64,000 nt of DNA from Deltaproteobacteria bacterium (lineage in GTDB: Bacteria > Myxococcota_A > Polyangia > Haliangiales > JADYYK01): positions 18,572 to 82,571 of the forward strand of contig JADYYK010000079.1 of NCBI GenBank assembly GCA_020853705.1. The letters run 5' to 3'. Made by a program: the position numbers and the translations under genes. Below are positions 58,489 through 64,000 of the stretch, piece by piece; within the stretch, counting starts at the first letter, position 1, and each line of letters opens with the position of its first letter. The notes beneath the pieces are model-generated. The model saw only the letters and a program-made list of their open reading frames with translations. It ran no database searches and had not been told where the DNA came from.

Positions 58489-59783
58489 AGACCGAACTCA
58501 TCATGCTCTTGACCGGCATCGGCGCGGTCGGCCTGCTGGTCATCATCACCACCATCAAGCGCCTGCTGTACATCTGCCAGCCCAACGAGGTCCTCATCCT
58601 GTCGGGCGTGTCGCGCAACATCGAGGTCGGCGGTCGGCCCAAGAAGATCGGCTACCGCATCGTCAAGGGCGGCCGGGCCCTGCGCAAGCCGCTGTTCGAG
58701 CGCATCGATCGCATGGATCTCACCAACATGATCATCGATCTGCGCATCACCGACGCCTACTCCAAGGGCGGCATCCCGCTGACGGTGTCGGGCGTCGCCA
58801 ACATCAAGGTCCCCGGCGAGGAGCCGCTGATCAACAACACCATCGAGCGCTTCCTGGGCTTCGACCGTGGCCAGATCATGAAGATCGCCAAGGACACCCT
58901 GGAGGGCAACCTGCGCGGCGTGCTGGCGACGCTGACGCCGGAGCAGGTCAACGAGGACAAGATCTCGTTCGCCAAGTCGCTGCTCGACGAGGCCGAGCAG
59001 GATCTCGGGCGGCTCGGGCTGGTGCTCGACTCGCTGCGCATCCAGAACGTGTCCGACGAGGCCGGCTACCTCAACAGCCTGGGTCGCAAGCAGTCGGCCG
59101 AGGTGCAGAAGAACTCGGTCATCGCCGAGGCCAGCGCCCAGGCCGACGCCGCCGAGCGCGCCGCCACCAACGAGATGGAGACCGCGCTGGTCCGCATCCA
59201 GAACGACATCGCCATCACCAAGGCCGAGAACGAGCGGCGCATCGCGGCCGCGCTGTCGCAGCGCGCCGCCCTGGTCGCCGAGGAGCAGTCGCGCGTCGTC
59301 ACCCTGATCGCCAAGGCCAACGCCGAGGTCGGGGTGCAGGGCGCCCGCCAGGAGCAGGTCCGGCGCCAGCTCGAGGCCGACGTGGTCCTGCCCGCCAAGG
59401 CGCGCCAGGCCGCCGAGGAGGCCGCCGCCAAGGCCGGCGCCTCGACCATCATCGAGAACGGCATCGCGACCGCGCGCGCGCTGTCGTCGGTCGCCACCGC
59501 GTGGGCCAAGGCCGGGCCCAACGCGAAGGAGATCTTCCTGATGCAGAAGCTCGACGTGCTGCTGCGCAGCGTGGTGTCCACGGTGCAGGCGGTGCAGGTC
59601 AACAAGCTGACCATGCTGCCGGCGGGTTCGGTCGACGCCGCCGGCGAGCTGCCCACCAAGGTGATGGCCGCGGCCGAGCAGCTCAAGGCCACGCTGGGCA
59701 TCGACATCGCCGAGGTGCTGCGCGGTCGTGGGACCCTGCCGTCGGCCGCCGCGGCGCCCACGGCAGCGCCTCCCGCCAAGTAG
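58485..59783 (+). CDS. second flotillin-like SPFH/band-7 protein (paralog)
   Basis: ATGA overlap. Collinear similarity to the upstream gene (PNEVLILSG...ANIKV...[21 protein letters not shown]). Confidence 0.85.
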   Translation: MKTELIMLLTGIGAVGLLVIITTIKRLLYICQPNEVLILSGVSRNIEVGGRPKKIGYRIVKGGRALRKPLFERIDRMDLTNMIIDLRITDAYSKGGIPLTVSGVANIKVPGEEPLINNTIERFLGFDRGQIMKIAKDTLEGNLRGVLATLTPEQVNEDKISFAKSLLDEAEQDLGRLGLVLDSLRIQNVSDEAGYLNSLGRKQSAEVQKNSVIAEASAQADAAERAATNEMETALVRIQNDIAITKAENERRIAAALSQRAALVAEEQSRVVTLIAKANAEVGVQGARQEQVRRQLEADVVLPAKARQAAEEAAAKAGASTIIENGIATARALSSVATAWAKAGPNAKEIFLMQKLDVLLRSVVSTVQAVQVNKLTMLPAGSVDAAGELPTKVMAAAEQLKATLGIDIAEVLRGRGTLPSAAAAPTAAPPAK

Positions 59784-59804
59784 CTCCGACCGCCTTTTCG
59801 GCGT

Positions 59805-61301
<1,497 letters not shown>

Positions 61302-61307
61302 CCCGCA

Positions 61308-62854
<1,547 letters not shown>

Positions 62855-62864
<10 letters not shown>

Positions 62865-63670
62865 GCGCGGGGCGGGGGACGCGCGCCGCGCTGCTGGTCG
62901 TGGCCTGGCTGGGCGCGGGCGCCGGGTTCGCCGGGGCCCTGGTCGGCGCGGCGGCGCCGGCGGCGGCGCGACCGGGCAGCGCGGCGACGCCAGGGGCCGA
63001 CTTCTTGGCCGGTAGCCTGGTCGCGGCCGGCGCGGGGGCGCCCGACATGGCGGCGCCGTCGCCCTCGGTGGCGCGCGTCGCGGCCCAGCGGCTGGCGCAG
63101 AAGAACGCGCGACGCAAGCTGCTGGCGCTGGCGCTGGGGCTGCGTGCCAGCGGCAAGGACAGTGTGGCCGAGCGGCTGGGCTGCAGCGCGGGGTCGCCGC
63201 CGTGCAAGGACGGCGCGGCGCTGACGCGGCTGGAGGCGGCGCTGGCGGCGGAGGCGGTGTTCGAGGCCAGCGAGTACTTCTCGGACGGCGCGGTGCGGCT
63301 GCGTGCGCGGGTGGCGCTGGAGGTCGTGCGCGGCGCGCTCGACCCCCGCGAGGCCGCCGACGCGCCCGCGCTGGACGACGCGGCGCCGACCGCGCTGGTG
63401 GTGGACGCCACCGGCCTCGGGGGCGAGTTTGGCGTGGCCCCGACGCTGCGCGCGGGCGGCACCAGCTGGAGCGGGCCGGTGCTGTATGTGGCGTCGGCCA
63501 AGGCCGCTGCCGCCGATGTGCGCGCCGGCGCCCGCACCGTGAAGCTGAAGGCCAGAGCGGCGACGGGCGCCGATCTGACGCTGGCGGACGCGGCCGCGGA
63601 GGCCCTGAAGCTGGCGCGCAAGACGGGAGCGCTGGTGATCATCGTGGGCGTCAAGGGGGCAGGGAAGTGA
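62855..63670 (+). CDS. hypothetical secreted protein
   Basis: Overlaps the guaA end. Hydrophobic N-terminus [19 protein letters not shown]. Start (62855 vs GTG 62861) is uncertain. No motif recognised. Confidence 0.5.
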
Positions 63671-64000
63671 GAGCGCTGGTCGTGGTGGCGATGGTCATGG
63701 GTCTGGGTGGGGTGGCGCCTGCCGCCGAGGTGCCCAGGCTGGTGGTGCAGACCGACGCCGACAGCAAGGCGGCGGTGCACAGCGCGGCGACCGCAGCCGG
63801 CTTCACCCCGGTGGCGGGCGACCTCGGCAGCGGTGAGGTCGGGCCGGTGGCGACCGCCAACCTGACCGCGGGCAGCAGCCACGCCCTGGCGCTGAGCTGC
63901 AAGGTCACGGCCGGCGGTCGCGTGCGCTCGACCAGGCTGCACGGCGCCGAGGCCAGCTGCACCGGGGTGGTCTACGGGCAGAGCGGCAGCCGCCTCGAGG
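63667..64000 (+). CDS. hypothetical secreted protein, N-terminal fragment (3' end outside window)
   Basis: GTGA overlap with the previous stop. Frame open to the window edge. Signal-like [21 protein letters not shown]. Not in the supplied ORF track (no stop in the window). Confidence 0.35.
   Translation, partial: MRALVVVAMVMGLGGVAPAAEVPRLVVQTDADSKAAVHSAATAAGFTPVAGDLGSGEVGPVATANLTAGSSHALALSCKVTAGGRVRSTRLHGAEASCTGVVYGQSGSRLE

Overview
This is a 64-kb, very GC-rich chromosomal segment with codon third positions almost saturated with G/C. The gene content points to a Myxococcota-like genome: eukaryote-type Ser/Thr kinases, thrombospondin-type-3 Ca-binding repeats, an AgmX/PglI-type tail domain, ECF sigma/anti-sigma factors and very long Pro/Ala/Ser-rich linkers. 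I can support about 48 protein-coding genes.

Housekeeping anchors are aroA (partial), polA, nadD, guaB, guaA, htpX and a YgfZ-type folate-binding protein. Other modules:
- a TamB-like / Omp85 pair
- a TSP3-vWA lipoprotein plus kinase operon
- a GAF histidine kinase followed by a single-polypeptide ABC ATPase-permease-GldG fusion and a DUF4340-like gene
- an Opp/Dpp-like importer (2 binding proteins, 2 permeases, no ATPase) followed by an outer-membrane beta-barrel gene
- an envelope cluster (HEAT, PQQ-propeller/HEAT, 2Fe-2S ferredoxin, AgmX/PglI-like lipoprotein, TPR/cNMP protein)
- an ECF sigma/RskA/HtpX block next to an NfeD plus two-flotillin operon

Many junctions are 4-nt ATGA/GTGA overlaps, suggesting translational coupling. 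I found no rRNA, tRNA, CRISPR array, transposase, integrase or phage gene, so this looks like core genome rather than an accessory island, and I found no clear novel multi-gene system.

The most unusual observations:
1. A 426-nt AT-shifted intergenic region with two perfect inverted DnaA boxes.
2. The triple-fused ABC transporter.
3. Perfect in-frame hexanucleotide microsatellites (AGCACG)n recurring in unrelated genes.
4. A roughly 50-nt REP-like element present twice in opposite orientation.
5. A 48-nt AT-rich in-frame patch inside a GC-rich gene.
6. Nested tandem repeats in the TPR/cNMP protein.

All functional calls rest on motifs I recognise by eye and on gene context. No database search was run. 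Most long ORFs on the strand opposite to a called gene are GC-driven mirror ORFs and were rejected.
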